Of a DNA stretch of 64,000 bases, positions 50,131 to 57,177 are shown in pieces. Below the pieces are notes generated by a model. It worked only from the letters and a program-made list of their open reading frames with translations. It was not told the origin of the DNA and did no database searches. This stretch comes from Microgenomates group bacterium (lineage in GTDB: Bacteria; Patescibacteriota; Microgenomatia; UBA1400; MFAQ01): the NCBI GenBank assembly GCA_049303575.1, contig JBAQNH010000002.1, positions 83,984-147,983 of the forward strand, given 5' to 3'. Numbering within the stretch: the stretch's first letter is position 1; each line of letters opens with the position of its first letter. The position numbers and the translations under genes are program-made.

Positions 50131-50823
50131 TCAATTTATTCTCCTCCATGTTAAATGCTCGTATATGCTAGACCAAATAAAACCAAAGCTTAATGCAAAC
50201 AGAAGTTCTTCTGGCGGGATGCCAAGGATCAAAACTCCAGAAATAGCTTTTAAATTCCAAACTTTTTCCACATAACCCGGATATACAGCAATAAGTGTAA
50301 TGAAATATATAAAATATATTCCTAAAAATATTATCGCGCTTGTGATCATTTTTTTCATTAAATCGGGACGACAATACCACGAAAATAGTCCACCTCCTGT
50401 CATTGATATCACGGCAATGTAAATGGGATTAATGGAAGTTGTCATAAGAAGCAAGAAAAAAATAATCGGGGCGGAAAACAAAGCTATTAAATGATTGCGA
50501 TGTCGTCGTGAGTGTCGTTCGTGATAATTAATTTTTTCGTGTTTTGTCTTAAAAATTAGTTCATAACTTATAACCGCAATTCCACCAATGCCAAAAGAAA
50601 AAATCAGGCTTTCAATATCAAATCCAGTTCGTAAGGCTAAATTAAAAAGAGAAGGAGGACTCCAATATTCCGGGACAAATAATGGTTCGGTAAGACCAAG
50701 AATAGATGTCCACAAGCTTACAACCAGCATTTCTCGTTTTTTGTCTTTAGTATTTAGGGAAAAATAAATCACCCCCCAAACCCCTATTAACATTAAGCTC
50801 CAAATGAGCCATACATATTGCAT
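50131..50823 (-). CDS. lycopene cyclase domain-containing membrane protein (CrtYcd-like), tentative
   Basis: Two-repeat polytopic protein. Each half carries a PxE(E) motif (LTEPLFVPEYW and LGIPPEELLFALSFG) as in lycopene cyclase domain proteins. Confidence 0.4.
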   Translation of the reverse strand: MQYVWLIWSLMLIGVWGVIYFSLNTKDKKREMLVVSLWTSILGLTEPLFVPEYWSPPSLFNLALRTGFDIESLIFSFGIGGIAVISYELIFKTKHEKINYHERHSRRHRNHLIALFSAPIIFFLLLMTTSINPIYIAVISMTGGGLFSWYCRPDLMKKMITSAIIFLGIYFIYFITLIAVYPGYVEKVWNLKAISGVLILGIPPEELLFALSFGFIWSSIYEHLTWRRIN

Positions 50824-50955
50824 AAAGTTTAACTATCTGCAAGTTAGTGTATGAAATTTTTATGACTTAGTCAAACAAAATTGGGGATTTAGCATTCACA
50901 AATAGGTTAGGTTAGTCAAAGGCAACATCTTGTGATTTCACAAAAGTGAAAAATA

Positions 50956-50985
50956 GCGGAGAGTGGAACGAAGTCCGAACCTTTA
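50956..50985. repeat. copy B of the roughly 30-nt imperfect direct repeat
   Basis: Core AAGTCCGAACCTTT at 50971..50984. The two copies flank the 50131..50823 gene. Confidence 0.6.
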
Positions 50986-51017
50986 TTAAACTATGATAAT
51001 TGTAAAATAGATTTTAT

Positions 51018-51614
51018 ATGCCAAAAGTAAATTATTTAGAAAGAGTTAAAGGATTAAGTGGCGCGATAAAAGTTTTGAAGGATAGTCTTAATAAGGTAAA
51101 GGGAGGAGACTCTGATTACTATATAACATTGGCAAGTGTGCTTAGATCGTTGGTAGCTGGTGGCAACAAAAACTTTAACCCACTATTAATTGATCTGGCA
51201 AAAATAAACAATTACTCTTTAAAATGTTTTGGTAGTGGAAGTATCTCATTAATCAGAGAGATTTTAGGTAATGAAACTGCTGAAAACAACCTAGTTTCCT
51301 TACACCCACAACACTTTATTACATTACAGCAATTTAGCCCCGCACAAGACGAATATTCACTTGACGAATGGTTAGAATCAGAAACGATGGCTTTATTTGG
51401 AAAAATTTATACACCAAACTACATTCTTAGAGCTGTTGCTGACACAGAAGCTAGTCACTATGATATTGAACAACCCCAAAAATATCTTAATTTAAAAAAA
51501 ATTATTTCTGAGACAGATATTGGACAACAAAACGATGTAATAAAATTTTTAATAGAGTTAGGAGACGTCGTCGTGTATTTTGGAGAAAAGCTAATAGAAA
51601 CGATCAGTAAATAG
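51018..51614 (+). CDS. hypothetical protein convergent with the trypsin-like protease gene
   Basis: 198 aa. No signal peptide and no recognisable motif. Confidence 0.4.
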   Translation: MPKVNYLERVKGLSGAIKVLKDSLNKVKGGDSDYYITLASVLRSLVAGGNKNFNPLLIDLAKINNYSLKCFGSGSISLIREILGNETAENNLVSLHPQHFITLQQFSPAQDEYSLDEWLESETMALFGKIYTPNYILRAVADTEASHYDIEQPQKYLNLKKIISETDIGQQNDVIKFLIELGDVVVYFGEKLIETISK

Positions 51615-51684
51615 CTGATTACATTAATCGAGGTTTATATACACTTACGAAGGATCTTGAATTGAGTTATAACCATTATTTAAA

Positions 51685-52560
51685 CTAGCCAATAATGTTA
51701 TGTTTTTTAAATATTTCGAGAAATGTTGGAGTTGCAAAGCCATAAGAATATGTCGCGTTTAGTGTCTCAATATAAGCTTTTTCCTTGTATTCTTTGTAGT
51801 TTCTAATTCTTTCAGGTTCGACAACGACCTCTCTAATATTGATTGGGTGAGAGTGCCAACCTTTAACGATTGAAATAAGTCTCCCAGTCTTTGCGTCAAA
51901 AATTGGCCCACCGCTATTGCCTGGATTGAAAGCGAGTGTAAACTCATAAAAAAAGTCTTTGTCAGAAGTGTGGTATCTACAATTTACTACTCCTAAATCA
52001 GTTCTGAGTTTTATATCACCAACTTTTGGTTTGTAAACGTCCTTATTATCAAATGATAACTCACAAAGTGGATATCCTAATAAACCTACTTCCGAACCAA
52101 TAGGTAAATAATCCTTAGAAATTCTAATAAAATCGTTTTTGTCGGCATACAAAGTATCGCCAACTTGATAGAAGTTATCTTTCAAATAGATTATTGCCAA
52201 ATCTACATCAGGATATACAAATAAATCTTTATTGATTTCTAGATCCATAAAACTCCAATGAATGTTATCCTCGTCGTCATGTTTTAGGAGATAGTATTTA
52301 TCCCCATCTTTATGTTGTTGAAATTCATTATTGATGACATGAGCAGCTGTTATAAAGCGATTAGGGGCTGCGGTGAACCCAGAACCTAATGTCAACCAAT
52401 TTGTTTCCTCCTGACCATTAACCATAACTTTTCTTCCTCTCACCACAAGATATACGGATTTTTTTATCAGTTTTACGCAATCAACAAATGAGTGAAATGA
52501 CTCAGGTCGCTTGGGACGTTTTAAACCTTTATATTTTTTCTTAGGCTTCTTTGTACTCAT
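51685..52560 (-). CDS. intracellular trypsin-like (chymotrypsin-fold, S1) serine protease
   Basis: Catalytic triad contexts TAAHVI (His), DLAIIYL (Asp) and NPGNSGGPIFD (GDSGGP-type Ser). Basic N-terminus with no signal peptide. Confidence 0.65.
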   Translation of the reverse strand: MSTKKPKKKYKGLKRPKRPESFHSFVDCVKLIKKSVYLVVRGRKVMVNGQEETNWLTLGSGFTAAPNRFITAAHVINNEFQQHKDGDKYYLLKHDDEDNIHWSFMDLEINKDLFVYPDVDLAIIYLKDNFYQVGDTLYADKNDFIRISKDYLPIGSEVGLLGYPLCELSFDNKDVYKPKVGDIKLRTDLGVVNCRYHTSDKDFFYEFTLAFNPGNSGGPIFDAKTGRLISIVKGWHSHPINIREVVVEPERIRNYKEYKEKAYIETLNATYSYGFATPTFLEIFKKHNIIG

Positions 52561-52733
52561 AACTTCATTGTTTCTAAATAATGTTTATAATTTTACTCTT
52601 TTGATAAGTAATAATTAGTGAGATTTGATATACAACCAATGACTTTTGTGTTTCCATAATACTGGTTACACTCTTAAACCGAGTTCCCCATCACTGCAAA
52701 GTCGTGATAATATGCTCTGTTGAGGGTAACCAG

Positions 52734-52817
52734 CGGAGACGGTGGGATTCGAACCCACGGGACTTTTTCAAGTCATGGTTTAGCGAACCATTGTCTTAAC
52801 CACTGGACTACGTCTCC
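52734..52817 (-). tRNA. tRNA-Ser (anticodon GCT), class II with a long variable arm
   Basis: Acceptor GGAGACG/CGTCTCC, anticodon stem ATGGT/ACCAT with loop TCGCTAA, variable hairpin GACTT..AAGTC, T-arm TGGG-TTCGAAT-CCCA, discriminator G. Coordinates +/-2. Confidence 0.8.
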
Positions 52818-52833
52818 TTAACTCAAAATTATA

Positions 52834-53838
52834 TCATCGTAACTTGGAAATTAGCCTGTAGTTTGAACTCCCAACTACCTTGAAATATCGGATAATCTCA
52901 TCCTTTTTATATAGCCACACTTTATTATTGGACTGATACTTTGGAGAAAAACCTAAAGTAGTTAGTGTTTCGAAGACAAATGTTAATAACGGAGTTGATA
53001 CGTTTGTGAAGTTTATGGTTAGGTACGAGTATTGTTTTCCGTTTATTGTGTATTTATGTTCAAATAGTCCTCCGTCTGTATCAATAAGCCCTCTAAGACA
53101 CATTGTTGAATAATTGATGTCTCCTGTTATCCACTTTGGAACCGTTATTTGAATTTTTGATTTGTTTCCAAAGGAAATACCATTTTTATTCAAGAACTTA
53201 ACGAGATTAACACCGCTATACTTTAACGAAATTGCATTGGCTTTCTTGTATTTATATAGAGATGGGGAATATTTAAATAATTTTTCTGATAGATCCTTGA
53301 CATACTCCATATATTTATTGTCTAAAATTGAATTAAGGGTGATGGTCAGTTGATATTTTGTTAGTCCTCCATCACCTAAAACAATTCCAAACAACTCGGC
53401 TAATTGTTTTGATTCGTTTGGAAAATTAAAAATATTGGGTACATTGCAACCAATTGAACGATAATAATCTGGATTTTCTTTCCTGTTTTTCTGGGACATT
53501 TCTCCTCCTTTTTTTCGCCCAGATTCATTTCCAGGTGGTCCATATAGTTTATTCCTCTTTAGTGTACCAATAGGTCCATTGATTCTTCCACTCCACCATT
53601 CTTCTCTTTCTTCCAATATTGGTGGAAGGGTAATGCCAGAAATTTTGCTAATTTTTTTCATTGCGTCTCTACTTCCTAAAGTCTTTTCGCTAATCCAATA
53701 CCTGAAGCTTCTTCCTGAGATACCAACAAATTTTGATAGACCATCCGAGTTTAGAGTAAGGATAGCCATAACCTTTTTCAAGTATTTGTTTTGTTCTCCT
53801 CGTTTAAATACCAATCTTGTCATAGCTAATCCTAACAA
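52834..53838 (-). CDS. free-standing double-motif LAGLIDADG homing endonuclease with an N-terminal HTH-like region
   Basis: Two LAGLIDADG motifs, LFGIVLGDGGL and LRGLIDTDGGL. Lies 16 nt upstream of tRNA-Ser(GCT) on the same strand. Confidence 0.75.
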   Translation of the reverse strand: MLGLAMTRLVFKRGEQNKYLKKVMAILTLNSDGLSKFVGISGRSFRYWISEKTLGSRDAMKKISKISGITLPPILEEREEWWSGRINGPIGTLKRNKLYGPPGNESGRKKGGEMSQKNRKENPDYYRSIGCNVPNIFNFPNESKQLAELFGIVLGDGGLTKYQLTITLNSILDNKYMEYVKDLSEKLFKYSPSLYKYKKANAISLKYSGVNLVKFLNKNGISFGNKSKIQITVPKWITGDINYSTMCLRGLIDTDGGLFEHKYTINGKQYSYLTINFTNVSTPLLTFVFETLTTLGFSPKYQSNNKVWLYKKDEIIRYFKVVGSSNYRLISKLR

Positions 53839-53879
53839 AACCCGAAATGAATGTCAAAATACGTATATAAACACATCTG

Positions 53880-53895
53880 AATGATAAAATATACA
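53880..53895 (+). promoter_or_regulatory. putative extended -10 promoter (TGATAAAAT) for tRNA-Ser(TGA) and the following tRNA
   Basis: TGnTAAAAT is about 10 nt upstream of the mature 5' end. The same motif recurs before three other tRNA genes. Confidence 0.5.
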
Positions 53896-53900
53896 GGTTC

Positions 53901-53982
53901 GGAGAGTGGGCAGGACGGTAATGCGTTGGTCTTGAAAACCAATGAGCGCAAGCTCTAACAGGTTCGACCCCTGTACTCTCCG
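53901..53982 (+). tRNA. tRNA-Ser (anticodon TGA), class II
   Basis: Acceptor GGAGAGT/ACTCTCC, anticodon stem TTGGT/ACCAA with loop CTTGAAA, variable hairpin GAGC-GCAA-GCTC, T-arm CAGG-TTCGACC-CCTG, discriminator G. Preceded by TAAAAT. Confidence 0.8.
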
Positions 53983-53987
53983 CCTCA

Positions 53988-54072
53988 GGAGGGGTCGCAT
54001 AGTGGTCGAGTGCTCCGGTTTACTAAACCGGCGTATCGCAAGATACCGCGGGTTCGAATCCCGCCCCCTCCG
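53988..54072 (+). tRNA. class II (Ser-type) tRNA with an apparent anticodon ACT (unusual A34); possibly a tRNA-Ser variant or pseudogene
   Basis: Acceptor GGAGGGG/CCCCTCC, 3-bp D-stem GCA/TGC as in tRNA-Ser, anticodon stem CCGGT/ACCGG with loop TTACTAA, variable hairpin GTATC-GCAA-GATAC, T-arm GCGGG-TTCGAAT-CCCGC, discriminator G. Confidence 0.55.
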
Positions 54073-54094
54073 CATTTAAATAGTTACACAACTA

Positions 54095-54487
54095 TTATCT
54101 AATGTCTGGGTTTTTGCAATATTCTGTCTCAATCATTAGTGACTCATCCGTAAATCGTATCGCTATCCTTTCCTGTCTCAACTCGACAGCCAAGTTTCCA
54201 ATGAACTCTATAAATCTTTCTTTAAATCGATCTTTTTCCTCTGGAAATCTGGGGTAGACTGAGGACTCAATCAAAATAGCTGGCTCGCTATACTCATTTT
54301 TACCGGAAACCACTATCCCGCTTGGAGTCAAAGTACCAGAAAAGGTAAAATCGTTAACTTTTGAAGCTGATATTTTTATTGCTTTTTTTACTTCGTCTAA
54401 AGAGAAAGTTTTGTTTGAGTAACCCACCTTCAAACCCAAAATAACCCTTGCCTCAAAAGTCTCAATGTTTAAGCCAGTTTTATACAT
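54095..54487 (-). CDS. hypothetical protein
   Basis: ORF of 130 aa. No motif. Confidence 0.4.
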   Translation of the reverse strand: MYKTGLNIETFEARVILGLKVGYSNKTFSLDEVKKAIKISASKVNDFTFSGTLTPSGIVVSGKNEYSEPAILIESSVYPRFPEEKDRFKERFIEFIGNLAVELRQERIAIRFTDESLMIETEYCKNPDIR

Positions 54488-54561
54488 TTACTAGATTTTA
54501 CCTTAATTGTTGTCGAAACCCATTACTCCCGCAACCCTCACCTTTTTGTTACACTTATCAC

Positions 54562-55329
54562 ATGGAGGAACCTCAGCACCCAAAGACACCCACACTACCC
54601 CTCACTACCGTGGTCATCAACGAACTGGTAGATACCAAAGAAAAAGTTTCCACCCCTCCCAAAAAGGTCAGAACTCTCCCTTGGATTATTCTCGGTCTAA
54701 TAATTTCTTTAATTCTTGCTGGTATCGGCACCTTAGTCTGGAAATGGGCTCAATCTGCCAAACAACCCGATCTGGTTATCAATGCTCCTGATACTTCAAA
54801 CCCTTCAATTACTCCCCTTCCAACACCGATCGGTGAAACCACCACACTTGTTCCCCAAAGTCTTCTTTTTGAAGACAAGGCATATCGGAACGAACTCGCC
54901 AGATTTCAAATTAATGTTCCGCTCGGTTGGCAGATTGACGACTCGGGGGAGTCGGGATCGATTCTTGTCATCGTCGACCCTAAAGCTACCATCGTAAGTG
55001 GTAATGCCCTCCTCACTTTTGTGAACGTTTCCACTGGCAAAGCTTCCGGAGAAACACTTGAAAGCTATGTTAAGTCTGCCCGAGACGGTCTCATAAAAAA
55101 CTTTAATCAATATGTCATCAAAGAAGACAAAGACATGACTATTAGTGGTAATACCTACCACCTCATTGGTGGTAGCTATCAAATACAAGGTATTACGATG
55201 AAAAATCGCAATCTTCTTCTCGTTTTTAATGATCGTGGTTACGCCATCTCCGCCACGGCACCAGAATCTGTTTGGTCAAAAAAAGAACTTCTTCTCAATG
55301 CCACCATTTTTTCCTTCAAAAACTTCTAA
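54562..55329 (+). CDS. hypothetical membrane-anchored (type II) protein; start set at MEEPQHP
   Basis: TM helix LPWIILGLIISLILAGIGTLVW followed by a Pro/Thr linker and a soluble domain. The upstream part of the track ORF overlaps the minus-strand gene. Confidence 0.4.
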   Translation: MEEPQHPKTPTLPLTTVVINELVDTKEKVSTPPKKVRTLPWIILGLIISLILAGIGTLVWKWAQSAKQPDLVINAPDTSNPSITPLPTPIGETTTLVPQSLLFEDKAYRNELARFQINVPLGWQIDDSGESGSILVIVDPKATIVSGNALLTFVNVSTGKASGETLESYVKSARDGLIKNFNQYVIKEDKDMTISGNTYHLIGGSYQIQGITMKNRNLLLVFNDRGYAISATAPESVWSKKELLLNATIFSFKNF

Positions 55330-55358
55330 GGTAACAGTTCGTTGTGTTAAGATGAAAT

Positions 55359-55859
55359 GTGCCCAATATCGACCCCTTAAATTCTGAAGAAGTCATCCTT
55401 TTGGAATGGACTTCCTATGAAAGACCTCAAAAAAAATGGAGCAAAGAGTTCTACAGTTCCGTTCTCGTTATGGCTTTTCTCGCTAGCGTTATCCTTTATT
55501 TCATCGAAGGCATTATGCCCGTACTGGTAATTGGTGCGATGGTCTTTATGCTTTGGGCCATGAGTCGTACTGAACCTCGCTTAGAAAAATATGCCCTCTC
55601 CACCTGGGGACTTAAAACCAAAGAGAGAACTTATCGTTTTGAAAATATGAGTCAATTTTGGTTAGAAAATAAATGGGGAGGCAGACTTATGCGAATTAAC
55701 CTCATTGGTGCTCCCTGGCATCTCGTCATCGTCGTCAACTCGGAATCCGAAGGCAAACTGAAAAAACTCATGCTTCAATACGTCGCCTATCAAGAGCCAC
55801 CCATTACCTGGAGCGACCGTTTGGTTAAGTGGTTTGGTGACAAAGTCCCACTGGAGTAA
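55359..55859 (+). CDS. hypothetical membrane protein
   Basis: Two TM helices. No motif. Confidence 0.4.
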   Translation: MPNIDPLNSEEVILLEWTSYERPQKKWSKEFYSSVLVMAFLASVILYFIEGIMPVLVIGAMVFMLWAMSRTEPRLEKYALSTWGLKTKERTYRFENMSQFWLENKWGGRLMRINLIGAPWHLVIVVNSESEGKLKKLMLQYVAYQEPPITWSDRLVKWFGDKVPLE

Positions 55860-55974
55860 ATTTGATTTTCTTTTAAACTAAAGATAACAGTCTTGCCCTA
55901 AAAGAAGAAATCATGTATTACGCGCACAACACAGCAGACCATTTACTAAACAAAGTGAACGAAAAAGACCCGTA

Positions 55975-55990
55975 GATGGTAAAATATGCT
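55975..55990 (+). promoter_or_regulatory. putative extended -10 promoter (TGGTAAAAT) for tRNA-Arg(GCG) and tRNA-Ser(CGA)
   Basis: Conserved GGTAAAATAT box 11 nt upstream of the tRNA 5' end. Confidence 0.5.
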
Positions 55991-55996
55991 TTGTTT

Positions 55997-56070
55997 GCGC
56001 TCGTAGCTCAGTTGGATAGAGCACTAGGTTGCGGACCTAGGGGTCGCAGGTTCAAATCCTGCCGGGCGCA
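55997..56070 (+). tRNA. tRNA-Arg (anticodon GCG)
   Basis: Acceptor GCGCTCG/CGGGCGC (one T-G wobble), D-stem GCTC/GAGC, anticodon stem CTAGG/CCTAG with loop TTGCGGA, T-arm GCAGG-TTCAAAT-CCTGC, discriminator A. Preceded by TGGTAAAAT. Confidence 0.7.
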
Positions 56071-56076
56071 CTTTTG

Positions 56077-56158
56077 GGAGGGTGGGCAGGACGGTAATGC
56101 GTTGGTTTCGAAAACCAATGAGCGCAAGCTCTAACAGGTTCGACCCCTGTACCCTCCG
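56077..56158 (+). tRNA. tRNA-Ser (anticodon CGA), class II; near-duplicate of the TGA isoacceptor
   Basis: Identical to tRNA-Ser(TGA) except for the anticodon loop (TTCGAAA) and a compensated acceptor pair (GGAGGGT/ACCCTCC). Confidence 0.8.
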
Positions 56159-56188
56159 CATTTTATATATTTCTCCTTGTGCCACTAA

Positions 56189-56204
56189 AGAGATAAAATC
56201 ACCT
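56189..56204 (+). promoter_or_regulatory. putative -10 promoter (GATAAAAT) for tRNA-Arg(CCG)
   Basis: Same box at the same distance from the tRNA 5' end. Confidence 0.45.
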
Positions 56205-56207
56205 CAC

Positions 56208-56282
56208 GTACCTGTAGCTCAGTTGGATTAGAGCGTTCCCCTCCGAAGGGAAAGGTCGTGCGTTCGAATCGCACCAGGTGCA
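56208..56282 (+). tRNA. tRNA-Arg (anticodon CCG)
   Basis: Acceptor GTACCTG/CAGGTGC (T-G wobble), D-stem GCTC/GAGC, anticodon stem TTCCC/GGGAA with loop CTCCGAA, T-arm GTGCG-TTCGAAT-CGCAC, discriminator A. Preceded by GATAAAAT. Confidence 0.75.
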
Positions 56283-56306
56283 CAAATTTATCTGCTATCA
56301 TAGGCC

Positions 56307-57047
56307 ATGATTGAAAGAGATCCAATTCATAACCAAACTGCCGAAAAACTTCGTCAGCTAGACATTAAAGCCGTTCTTTTTGACTTCGACGACACTCTCA
56401 TCCACACCGGCGAACTCTTCTCTAAATACATGGAGGAATATGTCAAAGTCGTCTCCACCACACTTGGAATAGACTACTCCACTCTTCGTATCAGGCTACA
56501 AGAATTAAACGACGAAGGCTATCACAAAATGGGCGTCTCTCCACAAAGATGGAGCCTAGTTCTCGACCAGCTTTCACAGGAATTAAACAATGCCCCTGTG
56601 GTCAAAGAAAATCTCGACATTCTCATGAAAATCTACACCGACGAACCTAGAATAAAATCCGGAGCCAAAGTTATCCTCAAAGGTCTCAAGGACACGGGCT
56701 TTAAGCTTGGTCTGGTCACCCACGCCAACACTGATTGGACCATGAGGAAACTTGACCAAACTGGGCTCCTAAACTACTTCGACACTATCAAAATCGCCGA
56801 CGAAAATGGATTCAAAACTGTTGAGCACTGGAAAAGTGGTATCGAAATGCTCGGGGTCGAAAGCCAGCAATGTCTTGTTGTCGGAGATAATCTTAAAGGC
56901 GACATTATTCCTTCCGCTTCTCTGGGGGCAAAAGTCCTTTGGATGCCTAGCTCTTGGTCTGTATATCGACAAGGTGAGGTACCGGAAGGCACGATCGCAA
57001 TGGATGAACTTAGTGACTTTTGGGACTCCGTTCAAAAACTTGCGTGA
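56307..57047 (+). CDS. HAD-superfamily hydrolase
   Basis: Motif I AVLFDFDDTL (DxD). Motif II LVTHAN. Motif IV VVGDNLKGDI. Confidence 0.7.
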   Translation: MIERDPIHNQTAEKLRQLDIKAVLFDFDDTLIHTGELFSKYMEEYVKVVSTTLGIDYSTLRIRLQELNDEGYHKMGVSPQRWSLVLDQLSQELNNAPVVKENLDILMKIYTDEPRIKSGAKVILKGLKDTGFKLGLVTHANTDWTMRKLDQTGLLNYFDTIKIADENGFKTVEHWKSGIEMLGVESQQCLVVGDNLKGDIIPSASLGAKVLWMPSSWSVYRQGEVPEGTIAMDELSDFWDSVQKLA

Positions 57048-57064
57048 TGTGAATCCAAGCTCGA

Positions 57065-57080
57065 ACTGGTAAAATATACA
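57065..57080 (+). promoter_or_regulatory. putative extended -10 promoter (TGGTAAAAT) for tRNA-Ser(GGA)
   Basis: Same box at the same distance from the tRNA 5' end. Confidence 0.5.
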
Positions 57081-57087
57081 CCTGTAC

Positions 57088-57171
57088 GGAGGAGTCGGAT
57101 AGTGGTCCATTCCACATGCTTGGAAAGCATGCAGGCGCAAGCCTACGTGGGTTCGAATCCCACCTCCTCCG
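57088..57171 (+). tRNA. tRNA-Ser (anticodon GGA), class II
   Basis: Acceptor GGAGGAG/CTCCTCC, anticodon stem CATGC/GCATG with loop TTGGAAA, variable hairpin GGC-GCAA-GCC, T-arm GTGGG-TTCGAAT-CCCAC, discriminator G. Preceded by TGGTAAAAT. Confidence 0.8.
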
Positions 57172-57177
57172 CAAAAA

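Noticed and set aside
52734-52817. tRNA-Ser(GCT) 3' end as a duplicated att site of the ssrA-inserted element
   Set aside because: It shares CCGTCTCC with the tmRNA acceptor arm. The match is only 8 nt and is explained by both RNAs using a GGAGACG/GGGGACG acceptor stem. It is not a convincing att repeat.
53854-54075. 73-aa minus-strand ORF in the track
   Set aside because: It lies entirely over the two plus-strand tRNA genes (53901..53982 and 53988..54072). It is a translation of tRNA antisense sequence, not a gene.
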